Positions 32,564 to 43,371 of a stretch of DNA of 64,000 nucleotides are shown piece by piece. Source of the DNA: Prasinococcaceae sp. CCMP 1430 (Eukaryota > Plantae > Prasinodermophyta); NCBI GenBank assembly GCA_013416795.1, contig RQSC01001393.1:11368-75367 (forward strand), given 5' to 3'. Under the pieces are notes generated by a model. It did not search any database and had not been told where the DNA came from. It saw only the letters and a list, made by a program, of their open reading frames with translations. The stretch's first letter is position 1, and each line of letters opens with the position of its first letter. The position numbers and the translations under genes were made by a program.

Positions 32564-33771
32564 ATGACGGTTACGCCGCCCCCGCCGCCTGCCGCCGCGC
32601 CACCCGCCGACCCTCCCCCGCCCTCGCTCGCAGTTGCGATGGGCTCGCCATCGGCGCGCTCAGCGCGCGTGCGTGCGCTGAGCGGCTCGGCGTCGTCGGC
32701 GCGCGCCGTAGCGCCCGCAGCGGCATGGTTCAGGGTCGCCCTCGCCGTGCGTGGCAGGGCCTTCCCCAGGGTGGCGGCGCCTTGGCTCCTCGTGACGGTA
32801 TTCGCCGCCGCATGGGCGGCGCTCGCGGAGCGCGGTCATGTCGGCGTGGGCGCTCTGCGCGACCTCGCGGGGCTCAAGAGCGCCTACGCGCTCGTGGCGA
32901 CCACGCTCGGCTTCCTGCTCGTGTTCCGCCTCAACCGCGCGGCGGCGCGCTACTGGGACTCGCGCGCGATGTGGGGCGCACTCATCGCGCACAGCAGGGC
33001 ATTCGCTGGCTCGGCGGCCGTACAGCTTGCGCATGCGCCGAACGAGCGGGACAACGCCGTGCGCTGGGTGGCGGCCCTTCTGGTCTCCACCCCGCACTTC
33101 CTGCGCAGGGACAAGGCCATCTGCGCGGACTCGCTGGCGGGCGTGCTCGGTGCCGCCGAGCTGCAGGCGCTGCGTGCGGCCGCGCACGCGCCGCTGTACG
33201 CGGCGCAGCGCGCGCGCGTGGCTTGCGCGCGCGCGCTGCACGTGGGGGAGTCGACGGGCGCGGGGGTTGCCGCAAGACGCGCGTATACCATGGGCGCGCT
33301 GGAGGCGAAGATCGACGCGCTCGTCGGGCAGGTTGGGGGCATGGAGCGCGTGCGTGGCACGCCGCTGCCACTCGTGTATGTTGCCCATCTGCGCGTCTTC
33401 CTCCTGGTGGGTCTGCTCAGCCTGCCGCTCCTGTTTTACGACGAATGGTGCGCACGCGCACGCGCTCGACACGCACGCACGCGTTCGCCCGCGCGCGATA
33501 CACGCGCACGCGCACATTGCTGACACGCTCGCGCACGGAATGCAGGGGCTACGGTACTGTGCCAGCCGTTGCGCTCATAGCGGCGGGCTTGCTTGGCATT
33601 GATGCAGCCGCGAGCGAGTGCGAGAGTCCCTTCGACCGCCGACCAAACCATCTCCAGCAGGAATCCTTCGTGGCCGCCGCGCTCGACAACATCCTGCAGC
33701 TCGTCAGCCAGACCGAGGAGATCAAGGCGGCCGGGGGGTGCGTCGCGCTCGAAGAGCCTCGGTGTCTGTGA
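32564..33771 (+). CDS. Bestrophin-like (UPF0187/YneE-type) anion channel
   Basis: TTLGFLLVFRLNRAAARYWDSRAMWG, GGMERVRGTPLPLVYVAHLR and LLGIDAAASECESPF. Intron at 33448-33545. Confidence 0.92.
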
Positions 33772-33855
33772 CGCGCGCGCTCGTGGGTGGGCGCACGTGT
33801 CTCACGCCTGTATCATAAGGCCGCTCTGTTGTATTATGATGCGCGCGCACACAGG

Positions 33856-34805
33856 TCAGGCCGCTGCGGCCTGCTGCTGGGCGGCTTGTGCGACCTTGGC
33901 CTCGTACGCGAGGTCTTTGCGCACGCGCAAGGCGTCGAGCACCTTGCGCTTCTCCTCCCTGGCATCTACCTCAGCCTTGATACCACCTCCGCCGGCGCGC
34001 GCCTTGGCGGGTGCCTGCAGGGCTCGCTGGCGTCAGAGATGGCCATGCGAGCGCAAAGCTGTAGCCTCGGTTGCGCGTGCTCTCACGCTTACGCACACGA
34101 GGCACGCTGACGCACCTTCTCAAACCTTGCCTTCATGGCGGCTAGAGCGCTGCCCATCTCTGCTGCGACGGCGTTGGCACGCTTCTCAGCAGCCTGGACC
34201 TTCGCCTCGGCGGCCGAAAGCGACGGCACGCGCGCTTCCGGCAGCGCGAGTTCTTTGTCCTGCTCGGCGGGCCTCCGCCGCCCGCGTGGCCTGTCCTCAT
34301 CGGTCGTCCCCCTCGCGCGCAGCGCCGCCGCGGCGGCAGCCCTCTCCTTGCGGTTCGCGAGCGCCGCGTCCTCCCTCTCCGCCTTGCGCGCGCGCACCAT
34401 CTCAGCGACGGCCTCAGCCTTGGCATGGGCCTCGCGCTTGGCGGCCGCGCGGCGCTCGGCGATGGCATCGGCGTCGAGCGCAGCGGCCGCCCCGGGCGCG
34501 GCCGCGTTGGCGCGGTCGATTGCCGCGGCGCGCTTCTTCGCCGCCTGCGCGCGGAGGTGCGCGCGGCGGTCATCCTCGCGCTGCCTGTCATCGAGGCGGC
34601 GCTGCGCGACGCGCTCGCGCGCGGCCTCCGCCTTACGCTCCTCGGCGCGCTCCCCGTAACGCCTCCGCCAGTCCTCCCACTCGCGGCGTTCTGCGGCTGC
34701 CGCGCGGCGCCTCGCCTCCACTGCGTCCGCGCGCGTCTCGTCGGCCCTCGCGCGCGCCTCGATGGCCTTGCCCCCCGCGTGCGCTCCCGACCGCTTCGGC
34801 GGCAT
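33856..34805 (-). CDS. Hypothetical charged coiled-coil protein
   Basis: Exons 34805-34116 and 34014-33856 join in phase across a GTGCGT...CTGCAG intron. The product is E/R/A/K-rich and helical, and may extend into the gap at 34844. Confidence 0.65.
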
Positions 34806-34843
34806 CTCGGCGCGGGCGGCCTCGCGCGCGCGGCGCTCGGCCT

Positions 34844-35316
34844 NNNNNNNNNNNNNNNNNNNNNNNNNNNNNNNNNNNNNNNNNNNNNNNNNNNNNNNNN
34901 NNNNNNNNNNNNNNNNNNNNNNNNNNNNNNNNNNNNNNNNNNNNNNNNNNNNNNNNNNNNNNNNNNNNNNNNNNNNNNNNNNNNNNNNNNNNNNNNNNNN
35001 NNNNNNNNNNNNNNNNNNNNNNNNNNNNNNNNNNNNNNNNNNNNNNNNNNNNNNNNNNNNNNNNNNNNNNNNNNNNNNNNNNNNNNNNNNNNNNNNNNNN
35101 NNNNNNNNNNNNNNNNNNNNNNNNNNNNNNNNNNNNNNNNNNNNNNNNNNNNNNNNNNNNNNNNNNNNNNNNNNNNNNNNNNNNNNNNNNNNNNNNNNNN
35201 NNNNNNNNNNNNNNNNNNNNNNNNNNNNNNNNNNNNNNNNNNNNNNNNNNNNNNNNNNNNNNNNNNNNNNNNNNNNNNNNNNNNNNNNNNNNNNNNNNNN
35301 NNNNNNNNNNNNNNNC
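34844..35316. other. Assembly gap (N run)
   Basis: 473 Ns. Confidence 1.
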
Positions 35317-35771
35317 CCCCCCCCTTCCCCCCCCCCCTCCGCGCGAGTTGACCGTCGCGCCGCGCGGCGCGCGCTCGGGGAACCGAACCCGCTCCTGGAA
35401 GAAGGGTCTACATTCCACGCGCCCTGCAGTGAAATGTGATACTTCAATTCGCTCGACCGCTCTGGTGGATGGGCGTGAAGGTTTGGGTTTAACCCAAACA
35501 CTGTCGCTGCGTCCGCTGCCCGCCGGACGGCATCGAATCACGTCCTCCGCGGCCCGCACGACGCCATGTTGGTGTACGGTACGTACCATCCGCCTGATGG
35601 TTAAAACGCATGCGAATTCGAGCGCCCTTTTATGGATTTCCCGTGGGTACATTTATTAATGAAAGTGAATGAGGCATGACGCGCCCCGCTCGCTCGGCCG
35701 GATGCCTGCATTGACTGCATTGATGCCTGATGCCGGATGCGGATGCCAGCCGGACGGGCCGTTTCCGCGCG

Positions 35772-35848
35772 CGCATGCGTTTCGATGGCGGTGCGGAGAC
35801 GCATGCGTTTCGATGGCGGTGTGAAAACGCATGCGTTTCGATGGGCGG
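35772..35848 (+). repeat. Three tandem 28-bp repeats with a palindromic CGCATGCG core
   Basis: cgcatgcgtttcgatggcggt starts at 35772, 35800 and 35828 (third copy slightly diverged). AAACGCATGCGTTT at 35825-35838 is a perfect palindrome. It lies about 130 bp upstream of the OSCA ATG. Confidence 0.85.
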
Positions 35849-35978
35849 TTCCCCGAGGGGCGCGCGCGTTGACGGACGCTAGCCGTTTCTGCGCGCGCGC
35901 GCGCGGCGGCGGTTGTGCTCGGCGGAGCACTCGCTGCTCCCCCTCATCATCACGGCGTCGACGCTGTTGGCGTCGTTC

Positions 35979-38900
35979 ATGTTCCCCGAGGCCGACCGGT
36001 CGATGGGGCCCGACGCGGCGCGATGCGCGGGGCCCCGGCCGATGCCGCGGCGCAGCAGGCGCGCGGGGACGCTCGGCTGCGGGCGGTGGCCGGCGGCAGC
36101 TGCTGGCCGCTGGTACAGAGGCGGCAGAGGCGACCCATCCAGCGTGGCCGCGGCTGCTGGCGGCTGGCTGCTGCGCGCCGTTGCACGGCCCGCGTGCGCC
36201 ACCATGGAGCGCGCGCTGGCTGAGGCCGCCGTCGGCGCGACCGCCGGGGCGCTGCCGCTGTGCGGGGCCAGCGGCGAGTTCGGGTGCGAATGCCCAAGCT
36301 CCCTCGCCAGGGCGGACTCCGATGGCAGCAACGCGCCCTTTCTCGAGGACACGGCCATGACATTCACGGATCTCAACTGGCGCCTGGCGCTGCTGGCACT
36401 TTTCTTCGTGGCGCTCGTGCTCGTGCTCTTGGCCGTCCGGTCGGTAAAGCTGCTGCGGCGCTCGTGCGACCCCTGCGTATTCATCGACGCCGAAAACAGG
36501 CTCTACCCCCCCTAGCCGCCAGTGCCGCCCGTGCACGGCCCTGTCGCATGGCTGAGCGCAGCGCTGACGAGAAAGGAGGAGATGCTGCGCACGTACTGCT
36601 CACTTGACGAGATCATGCTTATCCGCTGGTTTGAGATGTCCGCGCGCCTCTTCGGGCTCGCCGTGGCAATCGTAGGCGCGCCGCTGCTCGTCGCGTACTG
36701 GGTCGTCTCAAAAGACTCCTTGGGCGACCAACTCGACGGCCGCGTCGCGAGCCTGAGCCTGCTGTCGTGCGTGGTGGTCGCAGCCGAGAACCAGCAGAGC
36801 GCGGGCGACATCTACAATGACTGGGCGCCATGGCTCGTCTGTAGCCAGCTGTACCTCTTCTCAGGTCTGATGCTCGCCATGGTCACTCAAGAGACTCGCA
36901 TGTACGCGAGGAAGCTCTGGGAACAGGATCCGACGGTCCTGGGTGCACAGCTGCACGCGGTGCTGCTGTCGGACGTGCCCACGCTCCACGAAGAGGAGCT
37001 ACGTGTGACGCTCGACCGCCACCACGATGCAGGCGCACTGGCGGCGTTGCGCCTTGCCGTGCGCACTGTGGCCACGCTGGTCGTCTTCGTATTCGTCGAT
37101 GTTCTGCCCGGGTGGATAGTCGTCGACTGGGTGCGCGCACGGCGCGCCAAGCGCGAGGACCAAGCGGCGGACGCTCGTCAGTCGGTCGTGAGCTTCGATG
37201 GTGGCAAGCCCCCCCCAAGCAGCGCCTGCGACAATTGCCTGAATTGCTGCCTTAACGCGAGCGCGGTGAGTAGCAGTGATGCCGGCGAGCAGCGCGAGAG
37301 GCATGGCGCGGGGGCCAGCCCCGGCGCGAATGGTAGCGACCGCCCTCGGAGCCCCAGCAGTGAGGACGAGATAGCCGGCGGCGCGCCGATGAGCTCATTC
37401 ATGGCCTTTGAATCGCTTAAGGAGAAGCAACTGGTGCGCCTCACGCGAGCCGAGTCCAAGGATCTGGTGCGCTCAAAGCTCGAGTCCTTCTTCGGAGAAG
37501 GCGAAATATTGTACCAGGTGCGTCCCGCCAGCAAGAGTGCGCGCGAGCACGCCTCCGCGCACGCTCGTGCGCGTGAGCGGCGCTGACCACCCTCGATGGC
37601 GCGCGCGTTGCCTGCGCCTGCCCTTACCTATCACCCCACCAACGCGCGCGCGCACGCTCCTGCAGGTGCACCCCCAAAACATGGACCGCCTGGACCGTGC
37701 GACCGCGCGCTATGAGCGCGCGCGCACTGTGCGAATGCGCTACACGCTCGCTCAGTCTCTGGTGCGCATGTACTCGCGCAAACTCGGACCCTCCGACCGC
37801 GACGGGGGGAGCGCCCAACGCGACGGGGGGAGCGCCCAACGCGCGGCTGAGGCAAAGGAGCTGGCGTGCATGCGGCGAATGTACGCCGAGAGATCGCGAC
37901 TCCTGGAATCAGAGGCACCGAGCCACTCGGCGGTGGTGGTCTTTCGGCGCGCACAGAGCGCCACTCTTTGTGCGCAGGTGCAGCTGAGCAGCACGCTGCA
38001 GTTCTGGCACACGGAGCACGCGCCAGGACCACAAGACGCCGTGTGGCGAAACATGGCTCTCACGAAGGGCGCGCGTGCGTGGAAGACGCTGCGAGGACGG
38101 GTGGTGGCGATCGCCATGATCGTGTACTTCATGGTGCCCATCTCGTACCTGCGGCGGGCCGAAAAGGAGTTTGTTGACACGTTTGGCGACAAGACCGCAG
38201 GGGTGGTACAGGGAGCCTTCGTGCTGGTGCTGACGATCATCTTTTTCATCGTGGGGCATATGCTCTCGCTGGCCCTCTCGCGTCGGATGGGGCACGTTTC
38301 CTTCTCGGAGATGGATGTCGAAGGCGCGAGCATTTACTTCTACTTGTTGGTGGTCAATGGCGTCCTGGCCAACCTGGACGACACTAACATCTGGGAGGAC
38401 CTGGGAGAATACTCGTTGGACATGGAAGAAGCGGGGCGCGAGCTCGCGCGACGCTTCGCGGCGGCATCGCCCTTCTTTCTGGCGTTTGTGCTGCTGCGTA
38501 CGGCGCAGAGCGTGCCGCTCGAGCTCATCCATCCGCCCTTCCACCTGGGCTTCGTTTCCAAGTGGGTCGCGCACAAAGTGAAAGGCACCACGGGCTTGTC
38601 AGAGAAGCAGCTGCGCGAATGGACGCTGCCCGAGGCCACGCCCATACACCGTGTGCCCGCGCAAGCCATGCTGATCTTCTTTCTGGGTACCGTATACGCA
38701 GTGGTCTCGCCGCTGCTGCTGATAGTCTGCATGATATTCTTCGCGTGCTTCACCGTGGTGTGGCGGCACAACGTCGTGTACCACTACCGCCAGAGATACG
38801 TTGCTGGCGGCAACCTGTGGCCATGGCTGGTGAAGAACATGACGCTCAGTCTAGTTTTCGCACAGGTGGTCTGCATTTTCTCGACGGGGAGCTGGGGCGG

Positions 38901-39504
38901 TGGCGCGCAGCGGCTGGCACTTGTCCCGCTGCCTCTGCTGACTATTTGGGTGTACGTCGTCGGGCTCCTGCCGGCGCTTTCCAAGGCAAGTGTGCGGCCA
39001 CTGGACACGACTCTTGACAAGGAGAGAGCGAAGAAAATGTTGGAGCTGGAGGAGGAGGTCAACAGAAGCCGCTGGTATGATTACTGCCCGCACAACTTGA
39101 AGCCGACTCCGACCGAGCTTTCCGCTGCCTCCATAGTGAGGCGGTGGTGGAGGAGGTATGCCAAGCTGGTGCGGCACGGCGCGTGGAAGATGAAGCGCAC
39201 GAGCTCCAAGATCAGCAGCACGTTGCAGACGATGGGCTTCATTTCAAAGTCGGGGAAGCTAAGTTTTGCGCACTCGGAGGGGCGCATCGACGAAGGCGCA
39301 GAGGCAGAGGAGAACGCGACGTACGGACCATCGCAGCAAACTCCGAGCGAGGCGAGCGACAACAGCGATCTGGCGACCGCCACGACCGGCGCGGAACCCG
39401 GGGACGCCACCTCGGCGCCAGTTTCGCCACCGCCGGTGGCGCCGCCGCCGTCTACTTCTCCGATGTCCGGGTTCGACCTCCATCGAGACGCGACATTGCT
39501 ATGA
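35979..39504 (+). CDS. OSCA/TMEM63 (ERD4-like) mechanosensitive cation channel, with an in-frame TAG at 36513-36515
   Basis: TM0 then NRLYPP, CSLDEIMLIRWFEMSARLF, AVVVFRRAQSATLCAQV, APGPQDAVWRNM, IYFYLLVVNGVL, FFLAFVLLR, GTVYAVVSPLLL and VWRHNVVYHY. Intron at 37518-37665. ORFs 35913-36515 and 36522-37586 share one frame. Confidence 0.88.
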
Positions 39505-40137
39505 GGCGTGCTTGCGCGTGGCGAGGTCGACCGAGGTTGGCACCTGCCACAGGGGAGATGAGGTCACGATAGCCAGCAGGCGGCAAACTGTCTGTATTCC
39601 TACAACTGTAAGCACGCATTCGAAGCGGCGTGGCCGCCGCGCGCGCTGCAGAGCTGCATCCTCCAGCGCCCGCGCGCGCAGCAGACGCCCTGCCAAGGGC
39701 GGCCCCGCGACGAGCTCGGCGGTGCGGGCGGAGGCGCCCATTGGTGGAACTACCGCAGAGACCGCACACGACCGAGCGCCCAGAGACCTCTCGTCACCTC
39801 CTGATTTCGAGTCTCAAACAACCGATTTTGGGTTTTGAGATGGTAGGGTTTATCGGCGCCCCAAATCATTTGAACCGCGCCGGCGGTCAACGCGAGGCGC
39901 TCGGGGAACCAACCCTGGGGAGGGGGGGCGGGCGCGGGTGGGGGCCGCTCGCGCGCAGGCCCCTCGAGGGAGGGGCGGAAAAGAGGGAGGGCGGTGGGCG
40001 CGGGAGTGGGGCCGGGCACGGCCTGCGCGCGCGCGCGAGCCACACAGCCCGCGCGCGACCGCCCCGCCCGCCCCGCCCGCCCCTCCCACGCCCTGCGCCG
40101 GCCTACCGCCCTGCAGAACCCGCCCCCACCGCTCGCA

Positions 40138-42213
40138 ATGGGCGTGGAGCTGGCCCCCCTCGTGGAGAAGCTCAATGGCATCCCGTTGTACGCCACGCCG
40201 CTGACGATGATCACCCTCAGCAACCGGTCGCCGGCCGAGCTGAAGCAGTTGACCAACGACGTGCTTGCCAAGGTGAGCGGCGAGCAGGCGGCCGATCTAT
40301 CGCTCGAGGCCCCAGAGGTGACCAACGTGCGCATGCTCGAATTTTTGCGCGTGTTGCGGTACAAACCGACGTGCAGCGGCGTGGCGTTCCGCCAGGGCGT
40401 CGCGCGCGGCGACCCGGAGGTGCTGTACCCGCTGCTCGCTTGGGCGGCGCCGCAGGTGCCCGCGCTCGCGGAGCGCGCGTACATCGCGCGGTACATGGTA
40501 GACGTCGAGGTGCCGGACGATTTTGCGCACGACCCCGAGCTGGTCGCCGTGCAGCAGGGCATTGTCACCGCGCGTCAGGAGTTCGCCGCCCTGCACAAAA
40601 CGGTCAAGGGGCTCAAGGCAGACGCCGCCGGCGAGGGCTCAGCGACCGAGGTGGCGGAGCGCATCACCGCCATGGAGGAGGACCGCGAGCAGCTCACCAA
40701 CAAAATCGACCGCATGAAGGTCAAGATGGAATCCATCGCCGAGCACGTCGTGCTGCGCGAGGCTGCCGCGGCGCTGCGCAAGTCGCAGGACGAGGACGCA
40801 GACCTGCGCTCCAACATCGCCGAGCATCGCGCCGCGCTTGAGCTCACCGAGGCCAAGGTGGCGCGCGGCGCGCAGCGGTTGCGCGAGCTCCGCGCGCAGG
40901 GAAGCTCGGCGGCCGCATCAGACCCCGCGGCGCTCATCACTGCGCTCCAGGATGAAGTAGTTGCCAACAAGGCCGCCGCGAACGAGCGTCTGCCGCGCGT
41001 GGTCGCCGAGTTGCGCTCCAAGGCGGGCTCGCTCGAAGAGGCGCTCTCGGGGGCGGCAGTGTCTGAGGGCGAGCTGGCCGCGCTGCAGCGGCAGCTGGTG
41101 GATGCAAATGGCCGCCTCAACGAGGGCATGGCGGCGCGCGCCGCGCGGCAGAAAGCGCCCGAGGAGGGTATGCTGCGCCAGCAGCAGAGCATGGCAAACA
41201 TGGTGACCAAGAAGCGCACTGCGGTCATGCAACGCCTGACGCGGCTCGAGGAGGAGCGTGATAAGCTGCGCGCGGAGCTGGGAGATGCGGCGGGCGAGAC
41301 ACAGGAGCTGTTGGCATCGGGTACAGGCGACAGCGTCACCGCGTACGTCGCGCGCGTGCGCGAGCGAATGGAGGCGTACAATGCCATGCGCGCCGAACTC
41401 GACGGCCTGCGCACCGAGCAGGGCGTGCTGGCCTTCACAGAGAGCATGGTGGGTGAGCGCGAGGAGGCAATCCGCGCCGAGGTTGCCGAAATGGAAGCTG
41501 CCGCGGGCGTGGCTGGGTTCACCGACGCCGCCAACACGCTGCAGCAGGTCTCAGAGGCCAAGTCGGGCGTGGACGCGCAGAAGGGCGAGGCGCTCGAGGA
41601 GATCTCGCGCATCATCGGCACCATCCAGGGTGAGATCAAGGAGCAAAAGTCGCGCCTCGCGCCACGCATCAAGGAGCTGCGCGCCGTGCGCCAGCAGTAC
41701 CAGGAGCTTGAGCAGGAGCACGCGCAGCGCAAGAGGCGCTACGACGAGGAGGCAGCCGTGCACGAGAACGGGCGTGCCAAGGTTGCGTCGGACGTGCACC
41801 GCCTGCGCGAGGAGGTTGGACGCGACGAGAGCCGCTACCATTACTTGGGCGCCATGTCTGCCATCCTCGACGCGGACGTGCGCCGCATGGGTGAGGAGCG
41901 CCAGCGCGGCGCGGGATCCTCGACCGCCGAGGCTCTCAAGCGCCTCGTGGCGCTGCGAAAGGAGGACGAGCGCCGCACGCAGGAAGTCTTTGTGCGCGCG
42001 CAGGCAGCAGAGGGCTCGGGCGCGGGGCAGCGTGATGTCATCGCCGGCCTCACGCGGCTGGTGATGGCGAAGCTGGAGCTGTACCAGGGTCAAGGGCCGC
42101 ACACCGCCAATGGTGGCATGCACGGCGGGTACGCTGACGCGGGCGGCATTGGCGCGTCGGTGTTGGAAGACGCCGAAGTCACGCTGGGCGGCGCGGAGAG
42201 GCTCGTGCTATGA
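40138..42213 (+). CDS. IFT81: Intraflagellar transport protein 81
   Basis: N-terminal CH-like domain (LKQLTNDVLAKV...RMLEFLRVLRYKP...FRQGVARGDPEVLYPLLAW, AYIARYMVDVEVP) followed by long coiled coils, with AGVAGF..AANTLQQVSEAKSGVD and IKEQKSRLAPRIKELR. Confidence 0.92.
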   Translation: MGVELAPLVEKLNGIPLYATPLTMITLSNRSPAELKQLTNDVLAKVSGEQAADLSLEAPEVTNVRMLEFLRVLRYKPTCSGVAFRQGVARGDPEVLYPLLAWAAPQVPALAERAYIARYMVDVEVPDDFAHDPELVAVQQGIVTARQEFAALHKTVKGLKADAAGEGSATEVAERITAMEEDREQLTNKIDRMKVKMESIAEHVVLREAAAALRKSQDEDADLRSNIAEHRAALELTEAKVARGAQRLRELRAQGSSAAASDPAALITALQDEVVANKAAANERLPRVVAELRSKAGSLEEALSGAAVSEGELAALQRQLVDANGRLNEGMAARAARQKAPEEGMLRQQQSMANMVTKKRTAVMQRLTRLEEERDKLRAELGDAAGETQELLASGTGDSVTAYVARVRERMEAYNAMRAELDGLRTEQGVLAFTESMVGEREEAIRAEVAEMEAAAGVAGFTDAANTLQQVSEAKSGVDAQKGEALEEISRIIGTIQGEIKEQKSRLAPRIKELRAVRQQYQELEQEHAQRKRRYDEEAAVHENGRAKVASDVHRLREEVGRDESRYHYLGAMSAILDADVRRMGEERQRGAGSSTAEALKRLVALRKEDERRTQEVFVRAQAAEGSGAGQRDVIAGLTRLVMAKLELYQGQGPHTANGGMHGGYADAGGIGASVLEDAEVTLGGAERLVL

Positions 42214-42369
42214 GCGGAGAGCGCCGCCGCGCCTCGCTGCTTATAAAATCGCACACATTCGCCGGTCACGGTGGCGGAGCCGTCGCCGCTAAAGCTGCTG
42301 CCGCTGGCGCGCTATCGCTTGCATGGCCGGCCAATATAGTCGTGCGGCAGGATAACATACTCGTGCCAC

Positions 42370-42899
42370 TCAGTTGCCGAGCATGTGCGTCATGACCCAG
42401 CCGCCGATGGCGCCCTGGGCGAGAGTCGACAGGATGAAAAAGAGCGCCACGTCCAGGCTGAAGTTGATGCTGCCTAGGTCAATGAGGATGCCGTGGCATG
42501 CTCCGGCCATCCACAGCACCAGCGACGCCTGGAGGGGACTCACAGACGGCGGGACGGACAGCAGGCGCATCGCCACAAGCGTGAGCGCGCTGTGCACGAA
42601 GGGAGCGCCCAGGAATACGTAGAGCATGCCGGGAGCCTCAACCTGCGGTGCGCGTTGGCGGAGCGTGTTAGCGACCACCCGAGGGCACGCGCGCACGCGA
42701 GTTGGAGCGACGAAGCAGCCGCGTCGTAAATACGCGCCTTCCGAAATGTCTTGCTCGTGCGGAGTTCCTTCCATGCCCTGCCGCCAAAGGGCAGCGCCCT
42801 GAGGAGCGGCCCGAGCGCGACGCCCGCAGCAGCGTTTGCCGCGCCGCCGGCGACTGCGGCGACGGCCTCTGCGGACGTGAGAAGTGCCGGCGAGACCAT
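42370..42899 (-). CDS. Small 4-TM membrane protein, DUF1761-like
   Basis: Exons 42899-42738 and 42642-42370 join in phase only through a GC-AG intron. The product has VALGPLLRALPFGGRAWKEL and three further hydrophobic helices. The DUF1761 resemblance is tentative. Confidence 0.62.
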
Positions 42900-43371
42900 G
42901 GCGATTGCGGCTCCCGGCGGAGGCACCAGCCGGCGCGGAGGCGGCCGGGGCGGCAGGGGGTGAGCGCCGGGGTCGTGCCGCCCTGCAGCACTGCAGAGCG
43001 TCTGGCGACGCCACCCCTTCCCTCCTCGCACTTGCTGCGCGCGGCCTGCTGCGCGGACGGCGCGCTGCAAGCGCGCAGACAGGGCGGGGCAGCCGGCGCC
43101 GCGAGCCTGGGCAGGGATGGGGGAGCGGGGTAGGGGACGGGCGGGGAATGGGCGAGGCGGGGAAGGGGTGGTTTGGTGGTTTGGTGGGTGGGTGGGCCAG
43201 GCGCCCGCGCTGCCCGCACACGGTGTGAGACCTGAACAGACGTTAAAATGCGCCACGCGGTGTGGCCGCAATGCAAAGCGAAAGCGGTTGTCGAACGCGC
43301 TGGTGCACGGCAATTGCAAGAGGGTAGGCGTCGAAGATCAACAAGTCTCTCGCGTCACTCAACATAGACGG

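Noticed and set aside
35772-35848. 28-bp direct repeats as a mini-CRISPR
   Set aside because: The copies are contiguous with only about 7 variable nt and no unique spacers. There are no cas genes and the context is eukaryotic.
36513-36515. Genome-wide reassignment of TAG to a sense codon
   Set aside because: TAG appears to terminate other genes at positions consistent with complete domains (glutaredoxin 48192, aminotransferase 63384), so a code change is not supported.
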